Source: Eledone cirrhosa (Eukaryota). Taken from it: a stretch of 64,000 nt of DNA. Positions 26,972-42,757 of this stretch are shown piece by piece. Both the position numbers and the translations under genes were made by a program. The stretch covers positions 46,934,001 to 46,998,000 of the forward strand of contig OZ024746.1 in the NCBI GenBank assembly GCA_964016885.1, given 5' to 3'. Under the pieces are notes generated by a model. It was not told the origin of the DNA, ran no database searches, and saw only the letters and a program-made list of their open reading frames with translations. Numbering within the stretch: position 1 is the stretch's first letter; the number at the start of each line of letters is the position of its first letter.

Positions 26972-28791
26972 AGAGGGGGAAGAGGGGAACAGCAAAATAG
27001 TGTAGCGATAACACAAATGCTTATTTAAGACGCAAAAACATGGAAACAGCATAGGAAATAATGCGTGCCTCGATAGCCACAGGTAATGCAGCTTTATCTT
27101 ATTTTTTCTGTTTTTGCTCTTCCTTTCTCTTCCTGCTCTCCTAGAATGCTAATCGCACTTCTGCCAGTTCAACTTCCGATTACCTGTGCATTTTTATTTC
27201 CCTGACCGACTCCCCTAGCAGGTAGCACGGCCAAATTCTCCTATCTTCATTCGATTTTTTTGCTTGGTTGTGAAAACCACAATATCTCTCCTTTCAGCGT
27301 TTTCAATCCCAGCATATATTGTATTTGCCTCACGTTTTTGCTTCCTATTTGCATTCGAAAGAATATTTTTGTTTTGTCAATTTCGTTTTTTTTTTCCGTG
27401 CCTCTCTGCGTTATTGATAATTTAGGTTTTTTGTTGCTATTATGTTGTGTCAGTTTCTCGAAAGAAATTTGCTGTGTGTATTTGTATATTCGTTTCTCGT
27501 GTTGTTTATTTTCTAGTTAAGCTTATAAGCTACTGTATCTGTTCTCTTGCACGAGCACATTTTGTTACGTTAGTGGGTGTGCGTTATGTTATATCCTTTA
27601 TTTTAGGGTTGAGAGTAAAACAAATGTTGAAATATTTTCCATTTACTCGGAAGGGAAGTAACTGTTTATTAAAATCGTGATGGTTCTCAATATATTAAAG
27701 CTTAGATTGAATGAAAAGGGGGAGACGGACATTATTGTATTAATATCGCTACCATCTCTCTTTTAGTCATAACGCCTATGATGCTGCATACTTCCATAGC
27801 CTATGATGCTGCATACTTCCATAGCACAATAAATAATTTTGGTTGTGGATTCAAATAAAAATTTACCTATACATCAGAGCCCCCTTCTATTTTAAAAGGT
27901 ATTATTGTGATACCATATGATTCATACCATTTCTTTTAACTGATAGTAAAACAAAAATAACTTTTGAAATACTGACAAGAGTAATGATGAGAAGGCAGAG
28001 CTGTGATATCTTGATTCTAGTAATCATCCGTCTTCAAATGACACTGATATACATGCAGTTAGAGCAAACTAAATGCTGGAGTTGAGAGGGTTTGTGTCAA
28101 GAAGAACTCTGTCTCAAGAAATGCGTGTATGTGATTTTAAACTATAAGAACGATATATGTATTTCATTCTGGCTATATTTTTCTATCTAGCTTTGCATCA
28201 AGTTCGACACAGATGACCTCTAACAGAATGTGTCGTTACATCTATATTATATATAGAATGTTTTGAAAAGGACATTATATATAACAATGATGTAACCAAC
28301 ATGTATATGTGTGTACATGTAACAGCTTGAGTGTCTGCATTTTACAAGTATTCAAAATGAATTTAGACATATCTACGCAGGACACAATGTGGAAGACAGA
28401 CACCAGGTACGTGGTGGACTTACTCTTTAAGAAATCAATTCTTTGCATTGTTAACGAAGAGATATACTCAGACATTTCTTGCAACTTAGTTTTAGGCGTT
28501 AAATCGATTAACAACGCCAAGTGATACACACATATATATATACACGCAAACATACAGACTGAGATTCACACATAAAACTATATACATTTGTTAATAAAAT
28601 ATGAATGAAAATGTTTATGTATAATATATATATTACTCCCTCACTCTAACTCACACACATACACACACTCACTTTCTCTCTATATATAGAGATTCTTTCT
28701 AGTATATATATATATATATATATATATATTTTTATTTATATATAATATATGTATATATATATATATATGTATGTAATATGTATATATATAT

Positions 28792-28870
<79 letters not shown>

Positions 28871-28875
<5 letters not shown>

Positions 28876-29250
28876 ATACTTGGGGAGGGTCATATTGTTG
28901 TAATATTATTGCAAGAAATATTATACATATATATTATATATATACGTTTTTGAATTTATTTTGCAAGTTTTCATATCTGAAGACATGTATTGAAACAGAT
29001 ATTGTTATACTTTGGAGCGGAGGGGGTCATGTTGCCAATAGAAACACGTGTACCTGTTGATTTTCACTTCAGTTCATTATAAATTTCCGGTTGGTTGGTT
29101 GGTTCGATAACTGGAAGGTTGTTCATATATTGTCAAAGCTCTTTCGTCACACATTCTGTGACCACCTCAGTGACTAGGTTTTTATTTTGTGTCCCTTCTT
29201 TGTTCTGCCCTCTACCATCTTGTTTTCTGTCATACAACATCAACAACAGC
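28871..29250 (-). mobile_element. Solo pLTR fragments of a Nematis-like relative with degenerate HHR (29132-29174)
   Basis: ttgttatacttggggagggtcat termini at 28871 and ~29001; gtca CTGAGGTg GTCAC..GTGAC GAAAGagCTT tgac. Confidence 0.65.
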
Positions 29251-30049
29251 ATTGAATTTACTAGGCTTCTGAACATCATCCTGATCTACATACAACACAG
29301 ATTGGTTCAGAATGTTTTACTTTTCTAATATAGAATATCTCATAAAATATCCGTACATTGGAGAAGGTCGGTGGAACTTGATTCCCTAAGCATAAAAGAG
29401 ACATTCTATTTTCTTTATATATAACGGCCTTTGTGATAAAGACAGCGCAGATGTATCTGCTTACTACACGATTTAGTATTCCTAGTTCAGTATTTTACTG
29501 TCAAAGTAATCACAAGTAATATATTTTCCTACCACTACAATAAACCTTCCTGTGCATATGCAAACTATATTCTAATTGTCATTATAAGGTGGGTCTGGTA
29601 AAGTCAGAAACAGTTTTTCATTGAAATGCATCTGAACAATTGCATTTTGTTTCCTGAATTCCAAATAATGCCCTTGAGAAACGTGTGAATGTTAAACACC
29701 ATGTGTGATCATTTTGAAGAAACATGTTTAATTGGACATATTTAACTTCAAGTACATTTTTAATGTTACTATGGAAGGCAATCCTAATCCACGTTTTTCG
29801 ACCTAGATTGTTTTAGAAAAGTGAGAGGAGTTTGAACAAGTGCGATTAACTTGGCACAATACAATAGACATTAAATATCCGTACGGTACTGCTATAGAGT
29901 CATTTATTCTTCATCATTCTCTTTACTTTGAATTTTATCGATGTATCAGGGTTTGATTTAATGTCATACAAACACATACAACAACATACACACAAACACA
30001 CGTGCACACACATGCACCCGTACACACGCATACACACAAACACAAACAT

Positions 30050-30098
<49 letters not shown>

Positions 30099-30100
<2 letters not shown>

Positions 30101-30298
30101 AAAATGGTCAGGACCCCGACGGGTGAGTTCCTGCCGTTTCGACAGTTAGATCCGAACTGTTCGGATCTAGCTGTCGAAACGGTCGCAGCTCAGCCGTCGA
30201 GGTTCTGATGCTTTTCCTATTACCCACTCTACTACCCTAAGTATCGAGTACTCTGGTGCGTTATGGCTCACCTGGTTCCTTACCACACTTTCTTTGTG
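30099..30298 (-). mobile_element. AACGAAGG-family foldback element
   Basis: Near-perfect palindrome 30134-30182 ccgtttcgacagttagatccgaac-t-gttcggatctagctgtcgaaacgg; TA flanks. Confidence 0.78.
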
Positions 30299-30312
30299 AT
30301 ATATATAAATAG

Positions 30313-30384
<72 letters not shown>

Positions 30385-30389
<5 letters not shown>

Positions 30390-30485
30390 GTCTCAAAAAG
30401 TACATGCACACTTCAACTGCATTCTAATAAATATTACCTGCTACAGGTAATCTTAGTTTGCATACATTTTTCGGAATCACCATGT
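30385..30485. mobile_element. Tc1/mariner-like MITE (degenerate)
   Basis: agggtgtctcaaaaagta / tacatttttcggaatcaccatg with TA flanks; similar to 45544-45620. Confidence 0.5.
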
Positions 30486-30934
30486 ATATATATGAGTGGA
30501 TAGGAGAAAACTAAATGAAGTGGATGTTTGAAAAAATTGCATTAGCGTTTTATCATCGGTTCTATTATGCTAATTACTAAATAACAATAACTAAATGATA
30601 TGTGAGCAATTTACACTGACGAGACTAGTAAAATTGGCACTTGTATCAATAACAACTATTATACCTCGACGCCAACATTACTACACTTTTTTTTTAGAAG
30701 CTTCACTGTTAGATTAGTGATCATTGATCTAAACTAGAAATGGCTTCCGTGTGTTCTCTGTCTGGTGTCTGGAACTATATCGAAGATAAATTAGTCTTCT
30801 GCCGGACATTAAAATGATTTAAGCTTTCTTTTAGTGATTTCACACGACTTGTTCGAATAAGAAAGAAAACTGAAAATATATATCAATTAACGTCTATTCA
30901 TATACGCATACATATTGTATACATACGCACACGC

Positions 30935-31037
<103 letters not shown>

Positions 31038-31444
31038 CGTGTGCGTGTGTGTGCGTGTGTGTAGATAGATAGATAGGTAGATATAGATATATGCACATAT
31101 ATATACATACATGCATACAAACACACACATACACAAACACACACATGAATATATATATATATATATATATACTGCTCATAGCCTTGACCGATGGAAGCAG
31201 TCTCCATCTAAAGGTTTGGAAAAAACGTAAAAGAATGGGCTGGCTGAAGGAATAAAATCTGGATGCCCAGAACCTGTTGGCTAAGAAGAGATCCAACCAG
31301 CAGACGCCACTTACTCGTCAGTCAAACACTGATAGGAAGGCAGCCTATCGCTATATATGCGGCAATTTCCAACACAGATTTTGACTGATTTAGAAATTAT
31401 GCTCGAGAAAACTCACAAAGAAATCAGTTTTGTGTAGACATCTA

Positions 31445-31547
31445 TAATTGTTTCTACTTTAGGCACAAGGCCAGCAATTACCCAGTACATTACTGGTACT
31501 TTATTTTATCGACCCCGTAAGGATGAAAGGCAAAGTTAACCTCGGCG
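31445..31547 (-). mobile_element. Dominant SINE, 3' part
   Basis: Reverse complement of the SINE body. Confidence 0.85.
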
Positions 31548-34500
31548 ACAGTGAACAGTCCTTTGCATCGATTTTAAATTTAATGAAGCCGTGCAAATAA
31601 ATAGATTTTTTCCCAATTATGAATTTCATTTGAATTTGAAAGCGGAATAATTCCAGACCCTCTTAAACACCATCCACATGGTCCATAACATGACAAAGCA
31701 TCAAACACACAAGAGTTAAATGGGAACGTAGTGATATGAAAGAGGACTGAAGTCAATTTCAACAATAGAATATACTATCAAATCTATAAAGAAGCTGACA
31801 ATGGCTATCTGAGTAGTTGGTTTGTCCAAATATGCTGCGTTTCTAATCGGAAAAGAAAAAGTGGTTCATGAAAAATCAAATTACGAGAATTAAAGTATAT
31901 GCTTCTGGTAATGCAGAAAGATGGAAGCCACGATTTCACATAATTGATCTTCTGGATTTCAGGAACAATTATACAACATTATATTAAAAACAAACAAACA
32001 AGAGAACTTTTATATTTCTACAATGAGAATTACCAGCGAACAATAGACCGATTTTGTCAAATCCATTTTCAAATCCATAATTACTCTTTAAGCTACCCGC
32101 GTTAAATACTAAATCGTGTTACAAATTCATTGTAAAATAATGCTGTTTTTTTTCAATTAAAGACGTTTTGCTATTGTTTTTGTTGCTGAGCTTAAATCAA
32201 ATATCGATTTGCATCAAACAAATATGTGTATGTCAAATATATATTAGCAAACTATTGTGTATCATTTTGCTAACAAAGACGTATTCAACACACATTTATA
32301 TTTGATATTATATATTTAAGGTTTAACAATATTCCGTCGTTTTCTTTTTCATGAAAAAAAAAACATTTGATTCAGCGATAAAGCTATCAACAGAACACAA
32401 TAATCATCTTCTCAGGTTTTACTTTATTTTTATTCTTTTCATGAATTCTTGGTTATTCATAACGTCTTTCAAATTTTTACGTGTATAATAAAGTGTTCAT
32501 GAATATATTGTTTTATTTGTAGCATGTGAAACATTAAGTGCTTACCTAAAATAATTATTTGCTCTTAACTACGTTCTTACAAAGATGTCACAAGAGATTA
32601 TAGCTTTCCTCCATGCTGTAGATGTCTAAAAAGAAATTACCGACTCCCAACTATGCATAGTAACGCGTGATCCACAAAACCCTTGAAGATGCCATCCGAT
32701 ATATTTCACTTTTCTTTTTCATTTCCTTTCTTTCTCTCCCACTCTATTTCTTTCTTGTTCCATTCGTTCTATAAACCCCACTCTATATATTTATAAATTT
32801 ATTTTATTGTCAATAATTTTGTCCACAGATGGAATAAGTTTAATAAGTTACACCTCAGAATCTGAGTGATTACAAGCTGTATTGAATAATACTAATTTCT
32901 GAGATCAGTTTAAGACCCCAGATTTGCATGTTATGAATATAGTCGAATATATCGATCCAGTATTATGACTGATATAAAGTACCAGTAATGCGCTGGTGAT
33001 TGCTGGCCTTGTGTCAAAAAGTAGAAACAATTATGACTGATATTTATTTCATCACACCCGGACAAAAGAAACATAATTCTAGACATTTAGCCAGGCACTT
33101 TACAGATTTGGCGAATACACCGATATTAGAACTTACTATACTAGTGCAGTTAATATCTGCTTTGAAGCGGGTACAGTAAAATATTAAATATGCTTTGACC
33201 TTTATTTCTTTCCTGTTTATAACTATTTCCCCAAACGTTCCACTTCATAAGATCCGTGTTTGTCTCCTTTGATATCAATAGGCTTATCGATCGATGTTGT
33301 TGATTTTAAATGCTCAATCACAGCACTGTAAACTCTAGGATGTCTTTTCTATTAACTTAAGCAGCGTAAATTAAGTGAAATTACTACGCGTAGGAATGGA
33401 AAGTTTTGTAGCGTTTCTCTACCTTGAGGCATTGCTGACTAACCCCCATAATTTCATTAATGTAAATACCTCAGATAGAATGCAGCTAATCAATGTGTCA
33501 CTGAGGGTGGATTATTCAACACAGAATAAAACTGAACGTAATTATTTTGCTTTAAAACCGTAATGATGTGTTAGAATATCGGAGTAGCTGTGCTGGAAAT
33601 CTCTGGATTAATTATGCATTCAGTAACAGTTTGAAATACATCCGTTACGATCTGTCAATTATATTGATTCGGTAAATATCTTTTGTCAGAATATATCTGA
33701 TTATCGTTGCCCTATGGAACTGATAACAACTAAAATATCTCATGTTCTTTACTGAGATCAGTACAGTAAGTTGATTACTTTATGAAAGTTAACAAAAGCT
33801 CAAGCAATCATTTTAATAGAAACAACTATTGAATAAAAGAAAAAGGATATTAACTTTCTTGTTAGCTCAATGGTGAAAATATATTAGTAAATCAATATTA
33901 TTAGTTATAATAATTGTTCAATTTCTAATAGTAACGTTGTGTTCATTACTTTTATTATTAATGTTTCGAGTAATATTTCAAAAATAAATTATATTGATGC
34001 AATAATCAGGTACAATCTATCGAAAACTAAAAGAATCTTTCAAGATTGACGAGGATGTTCAACTTTAACCGAATGTTTGAAGCTCAACGAAAATGTTTGG
34101 TGTAATAAAAATGTTTAATCGAAAACTTGTTTATTGTGTTTTTAATCTTTAAAGACTTTCATTTTAGTTGTTGAGTTTTGATCTCCATTCGAAAGCCTGT
34201 ATAGATTATGCATCTTGCTGCTAATATTCTAGACACCTGAGTTGCTTTTATCAAGCCAGTCCTGCAGTTTCCTAGCCTTCTAGTAGTGGATCCGAAAGCA
34301 CTCGCATCAACCTTGAAAATGTAATTTTGAGACGATCCATCGTAACGAAGAATCTCAGATTTCAAAACACTTTGTTGTTTCAGGAATATTGGAAAGACAT
34401 GAAATAATAACATAAAACATTATAGCGCATTCATGGTATGCCCACATCTAACTTGTATTGACATAGTCTGTTCAAATATAAATTGGTTTCAAATCAAACG

Positions 34501-35645
34501 CACATGGGATTGTTTTCTTCGAGTTCAACGTATCATATTCTAATACCTCATACTTCATATTTAAAGCCTCCTCGATTCTGGTTAACTAGTGTATTCCAGC
34601 TTTCTCTAGACACAAATTTGTTTATTTGTGATCTCGTACACACAGAAGGCCAATGTATAGAAATAAATGAAATAAAATGTCGACTTTGGAGCATTATGAA
34701 TTTGAAACAGAGGTTATCGGAGCGAAAGCAATGAAGACGAATTATGATGTTTTACCCAGCACATTACCATTTCCGACAACACATAATACCTAAATGGTCT
34801 CATTCTTTTATTGATGTTTTCCCACATAGGGATATTTTGTTCGTCGTGTTAGTTATTTAACACGACGTTCAAATAATAATTCATTCACTTTGCGCACACT
34901 TGTCAACTTTTTCTGTATAATATTGACAGGTAAGTCTATAATATTAGAACCTGCTGGGAGTATTTATTTAGAATAGGATTGGTTTCTACTCTGAAAGAGT
35001 TGGTGCTATTTCTGATTGGTGTAACATGATGTCTAATAATTGTAAATACCTGGAATAAATCTCCATTATCACGTTTACGTTTTCCCGCAGCAAGATTCAA
35101 CGATTTGAGTTACGACACAATTATACATACAGGCACAGAGAACATATTTTCATATATTTTAGACGATGGAATAATCCTTGATAGTTTCAAACTACAGGGA
35201 ACTAATATGAAACAAGTAGTGACGTCGTCTCGTTTTTAATACAGTATCCTCATCTACGATTATAGAGATTTTTATGCTGTAATTATTTAATAAGATCTGC
35301 TAGAATATAACGACATAGCAAAACGTGTTGTGCATAATAAACTGAATAACATCACGTTTTCGTTTTACATTCTTAATGAATTTACTCGTAAATTAACTTA
35401 TTCAAAAGTATGTGTTCAATTTAATAATCAATAATACTCTCTATTCATTTTTACTTTTTATTTGAAATATTTTTCACCCCATTTATATATTTGACCCATC
35501 ATCTATCTGAATGAACAATATGTTTCTGTGCTTCGGTTGTAATCTTTCTCGCTCTATTTAATTTATTCATTTTGAACTATATAATTGTATCGATTTCTAT
35601 ATGTCTATATATTGTTATATTATTTCTCCATTGCACCTCGCCCTT

Positions 35646-35716
<71 letters not shown>

Positions 35717-35839
35717 TCCCTCTCTATCCCTCTCCCTCTCTCTGGTTGGCAATTGCTCTGTATAATCAGCTCCTGATTATTACTGGAATTCTATAAGAAT
35801 CCAGCTTCTATAATTTTCGGCGAAAGCAGAGGAGTGCGT

Positions 35840-35881
35840 GGCTCTGGTGAACGCCAACAAGCGTGAAACAGACTGTCAGCT
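35840..35881 (+). ncRNA. Type I HHR with A6G core change, enclosed in a 13-bp outer stem
   Basis: ggct CTGGTGA ACGC-caacaa-GCGT GAAACAG a CTGTC agct; outer ttttcggcgaaag (35814) / ctttcgccgaaaa (35904). Confidence 0.6.
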
Positions 35882-36057
35882 TCTCTCTTTTCTTTCGCCG
35901 AAAAGAAGTAAGTGACATAGTCACTACTTTAAAATTGATAGCGTATGGTGTTCTAAATGTTTTTAATTAAACGTACGGTATATTGCCAAATATACTATAC
36001 ATACATTCATGTTTACATCGCTATTTCAGAGCACCAATCCTAATATATATATATATA

Positions 36058-36160
36058 TTAAAATAACAGATTAAATTTTAAGCAAAGAATCGCTGCTTTC
36101 ACCCTTAACGGGATATTCTGAAACTCTTCGGACTTTAGTCTTCACATTTATTATTATTAC
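36058..36160 (+). mobile_element. ~100-bp mini-derivative of the 51571 Hydra-like PLE (inverted fragment + 3' end)
   Basis: ttaaaataacagatta...cacccttaacggg matches 51578-51627; tttagtcttca...ttattattattac matches 53935-53961; TA flanks. Confidence 0.8.
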
Positions 36161-36544
36161 TATATATATATATTTAACTGTCAGCGGATTTTTCTGCCTC
36201 AAACTTTTCAGTAGCGCTTTCTGATCTCTTGCCGCTAGAAATTCTAATGATATTGCAGAATCCTCCACAACCCTATCCTTCTCCACTACGTCGGCTCTCA
36301 TATGTGCACTCCTGAAAATATTACTACATATTTAACCACTCTATTTAACCGCAACTCCACACTTCTCATATAATCAAACTTTTCTGAAACTGCTATACAA
36401 CTGAGACGTCTACGTCGCATGATAATCAATTCATTGTTCCAATCTCTCCAAATCAACTAGATGGCAAATTTTGACGACGTTCCTTCATCACGTTCAAACA
36501 ATGTGCCCAGAGCTAATGCTACTTATTTTCACCAAATTCTTCAA

Positions 36545-36990
36545 ATTAGTTTCGTTTTTGTATTTAATTTCTAAGATTCTTGATACGAAATCGTGTTGGA
36601 TTGGATTCTGTGATACTTTGGGGGGGTCATGCTGCCAATAAAAACATACGAACCAGTTGTTTTTCACTTTAGTTTATTATTAGTTGAACAACTAATCTAT
36701 CCTTCAGTTAGTTTATTAACAGGATGGTTGTTTAATCGTTCTCATGTTAGCTGTCACAATATTTCGTTACACATCCTGGTATCTCCTCGATGACCATTCT
36801 TGTATACTTTACTACTCATTTATGTTCTATTCTACTCCACCTTGTCTTGGAGTAAGCTAAAGCAAAGTGGGGACAGAGTAAACAAGAATAACCATTTGGG
36901 AGGTCACAGGATGTGTGACAGGAAAGCTTTGACATGACAATTAACAACCAGCCAGATACTAAACTGACAGATGAAATGATTAGTTACTGA
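36545..36990. mobile_element. Old Nematis-like pLTR remnants with internal inversion
   Basis: gatactttggggggtcatgctgccaata terminus; two eroded HHR-like motifs in opposite orientation (~36750-36795, ~36890-36935). Confidence 0.5.
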
Positions 36991-37254
36991 TGAATGGACT
37001 AGTTACTGAAGAAGAAATTGTAGGCCCTGCTATTTCTCTGATTATTTTAGAAAAAATAGGACATATATTCACATTGAGATATCATAAAACAAATTTATAG
37101 CAATAGTAATCAGTTATTGATATTCATATCATTAAACTATGGTTTTACCGGAGCAGTGAATTCATCCCTAGCAATTATTTCACCCTTGCTCTTAATTTAT
37201 CGGTCACTGTTTGTCGAAATATTAAGTTATGAGACAGCACTAGGAAAAATATCG

Positions 37255-38724
<1,470 letters not shown>

Positions 38725-39259
38725 CAGGGTTTAGTAGATAGAAGAAATGTTAGGATTCACATGAGGAATGAAACAAGAAATGAGCATTCGTAGGACGCAT
38801 ATTTATTTCTTCTAGTGAAATTATTTGATTTCGAAGTAATAAAAAAGACGTATGTTGTAGCTAAAAGAATACATTGAAATGTCTTGCTTGAAGAACTATA
38901 GGTTACTGAATGCAGATAACATTCACGAAATCAATACGCAGAATATGAACACAAAAGCCTTAACAGATTATTTCTAGTAGATCAGAGGAGCATATAAATG
39001 CCGTCGGTATTGTGTACACTTAATAGTTTGAGTTTGTGTGTGTAAATGTAATTCAAAGACAAAGAATCTGAGTTTCAAAGAGTGTTTGAGGAATTAGTAA
39101 AAGCGGGAGACCAATCGAGACGTTACTACAGCGACTGGTTGAAGCGAACAGACTGTCATTTCTGAACTGCTACGAAGAATTCTGTTTTGCTGCTCAGTCT
39201 TATATGGAAGATGAAGTTTACGAACCACTGTTAAAAACCATGAAGACGGAGATTCAATA

Positions 39260-39322
<63 letters not shown>

Positions 39323-39326
<4 letters not shown>

Positions 39327-39401
39327 ATATTAATAAATTTGAAGACTAAAATCCAAAGATGGCTCGATAAAGATAAATATATATCAGATATATAAGAACC
39401 G
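39323..39401 (-). mobile_element. 3' terminus of the 51571 Hydra-like family
   Basis: Reverse-complement similarity to 53884-53961; abuts (TA)n. Confidence 0.75.
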
Positions 39402-39687
39402 TGTGTGTGTGTGTGCGTGTGCGTGTGCGTGTGCGTGTGCGTGTGCGTGTGCGTGTGCGTGTGCGTGTGTGTGTGTGTGTGTTTCTTCTTTAATTTCTCA
39501 TTATTTCTACTTATGTAGGACTAACGTCCGAAACGTTAAGATTCTTTTCCTACTATATCATAATATATTTCGTCATTGAACCGTGTTGTTTGCGTTATTA
39601 TTTCTGTTTGCCTTTTGCATATATATATATATATATATATATAGTGACGAAACATAAGTCAATTGCATGAACTCATAATCCTTTATT

Positions 39688-39746
39688 TAATGCTATATAT
39701 ATTTCGATGATAGCCATTGAATGGCTATGACCTCATCAGGCAGTTA
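39688..39746 (-). ncRNA. Type I HHR near the TA-abutting end of a probable PLE 3'UTR remnant (39643-~40680)
   Basis: taactgc CTGATGA ggtcATAGCCAT-tca-ATGGCTATcatc GAAAT ATAT ATA gcatta. Confidence 0.75.
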
Positions 39747-40384
39747 GTCAGTTCTTAGATATGCCAGCTCTGTGTGTATATTGTTGATGGTATCAGAGCC
39801 TTGGGACATATGAGCTTGTTAGGAATATTTTGATGTTGTCAGCAGGAATAGTCTTGATTCTCATTGATCAGTTTGTAGATGGTAGTAGGTTACTATTTGA
39901 CCTCAAGAGGCAGGTGTTTCTGTAAGGCAGGTGGTTCTGTCAGGCAAGATGACAAAGTTCCACATGACTGATTTTCACAAAAGGCATTCTTGGTCAGATA
40001 TATTTTCAAATAAGGTTAATAGTATGAAATAGATACTACAGGTCATTCTTAAATTGAGGAATTTATGTGGAGTGGTGCTATATTATGGTTGGAGTAGAAA
40101 GTTTACAAATAAAAAGGCTTATGTAGGTTGGCTTGCCCTACACTCACACACACCGCCACAGACACACACACACTTCCACACATACAAAAAGTGGAGTGGT
40201 AATACTTAATATAATGGTTAGAGTCCAAACCTTAGATAGTTTAGAAAATTTAGAAATAAAAGGTTTATGCTGGTTCACTTGTACATACACTCACACCTAC
40301 CTCCTCAAACACTCACACATCTACACACACAAATCCATACAGGTGTGTATATATATACACGTATGCATGTATGTACGCACAAGA

Positions 40385-40424
<40 letters not shown>

Positions 40425-40897
40425 TATATACACAGAACATACATATATATAAAATATATACATACAAAAATATAAAAAATATATATATATACATAGAATA
40501 CACACTCACAAAATATATACACACGTAAAACATACATATATATATATAAAAAAATACACACACACATATATATATAAAATATATACATACAGATACGCAC
40601 ACATATATAAAAAATACGCATACATAGGCATATAAAATACACATATATATACACATGATACATATATACATATAAAATCAGGTTCAATAAAACATTGTTT
40701 AGATGACTCCTAAACATTAGAGGATCCGGTGGACCATCCACCATAGGGACCGCAAACCATGGGTAGTTGTTGTTGTCCATTGGTCATTGGTACGGGGTGT
40801 AGGGGACCTACCGGGGGGGGGGGGGGGGGCTTGTGTGAGGCCTTAACCGAGGTTTATCCATATAGCTTGAGGAAAGTTCCCGTCCTTAGGTGTCGGT

Positions 40898-41528
40898 TTA
40901 ATACGGGATGTTTGTTTACAAACACACCGAGCATTATAATAAATGTTCGGTGAATCCATACGTACATATATATATGTGTGCATGTATGTATATATATATA
41001 TACATACTACTGTACGTCTGTATACATATATGTATGTACGTGTACATACTTATATTTAAGTAACAGCCGTACTAAGAGTGGGAAATGAAATTTCGTTTCA
41101 TTTTTTCCGTTTATCGTTTTCGGTGCACCCGGCCGATTAACCCATTCGATATGCAAATTGGGCTACTCAGCCGTTAATATGCATAAGGTAAGTATATACG
41201 TTCAACAATCTGGCAGGAAGGTATACGTTGCTGACGATAGTTAATAAGCTTGAAACTAATACAGCGTTCCTTTGTCAGTGTTGAACAAACGAGCAACGAT
41301 GGTTGCTGGACACTACGGCTTAATGCGGGATGTTTGTTTACAAACACACCGAGCATTATAATAAATGTTCGGTGAATCCATACGTACATGTATATATGTG
41401 TGCATGTATGTATATATATATACATACAACTGTACGTCTGTATACATATATGTATGTACGTGTACATACTTATATTTAAGTATCAGCCGTACTAAGAGTG
41501 GGAAATGAAATTTTGTTTCATTTTTTCC

Positions 41529-41533
<5 letters not shown>
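40898..41533 (+). mobile_element. ~422-nt HHR-containing tandem unit (1.5 copies), retrozyme-like
   Basis: gggatgtttgtttacaaacac at 40905 and 41327; HHR at 41225-41267 (stem III G>A); ends ttccgttta-(TA)n. Confidence 0.85.
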
Positions 41534-41568
<35 letters not shown>

Positions 41569-42714
41569 TTATAATCTACTTTACATGGCAATGAAATATT
41601 CCAACATAGCAATGAAATATTCCAGCGGTAATCATATTTATATAACAACTATATGTATACCCATATGATCATAATTTCACAATTGACAGATATATTCTAT
41701 ATGAAGGTAGTAAAATCATTTTATGATTTATTAAAACGCACAGCAATTTGATGTCAGCTTGCAGTGTTTTCCTATGACATGGCTTTCGATTAGAAGTAAA
41801 TTTCGGATCAATTTACTTCTGCCGCTAAAACTATTGAGATGAAAACAACTACTAAAAATAAAAGTCAACTATCATTCCAGCGTGTTGAAATCAATCTGAA
41901 GAACATATTACATAATTTAACCCAAAATATACTGTCTGAAAAAAAAGACAATTAGTCACAGTTGAAATGCATTTCACAATAAGCCACTAAACGGGTTCGT
42001 TTAGAGCTAAAATCCATCACGACCACCAACACCAAGGTACCCAACCAATGATGTACCATCTAGGTAATCTCTGGTTGGCTAATATAAATGTCAACGAATA
42101 TCCTTCAAATCACACATTGCAATCTAAACAGACGAAAGACAACTTACCATCGACTTATAGAATGTACACGACATGAAATATATTTATTCCTATTCTGAAT
42201 ATTGTAAGCCTTTCGTCTGAATAATAAATTAAATCATGATGCTGAAGTATGCCGGAAATGGTAGACTGGTATTTCAAACATAACACGCTTCACAGAACAA
42301 TAGAGCAGACAGTATTAAATTAATAGGAAATGAACTGCACAGTGATATTTAATAACCACTCTGAGGAAGGCAGTTCGTCACAAATATATGTACATACACA
42401 CGTGCACATCTATCTATCTATCTATTTATCTATCTATCTACCTATATATCTATCTATCTATCTATCTACCTATATACCTTTCTATCTAATAATCTATCGC
42501 ACTTTATATATATATATATATATAAGTATGTACACGTACATACATATATGTATACAGACGTACAGTAGTATGTATATATATATACATACATGCACATATA
42601 TATATATGTACGAACATTTATTATAATGATCGGTGTGTTTGTAAACAAACATCCTGTATTAAGCCGTAGTGTCTAGCAACCATCGTTGCTCGTTTGTTCA
42701 ACACTGACAAAGGA

Positions 42715-42757
42715 ACGCTGTACTAGTTTCAAGCTTATTAGCTATCGTCAGCAACGT
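42715..42757 (-). ncRNA. Minimal type I hammerhead ribozyme
   Basis: acgttg CTGACGA t AGCT-aata-AGCT t GAAAC TA GTA cagcgt. Confidence 0.85.
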
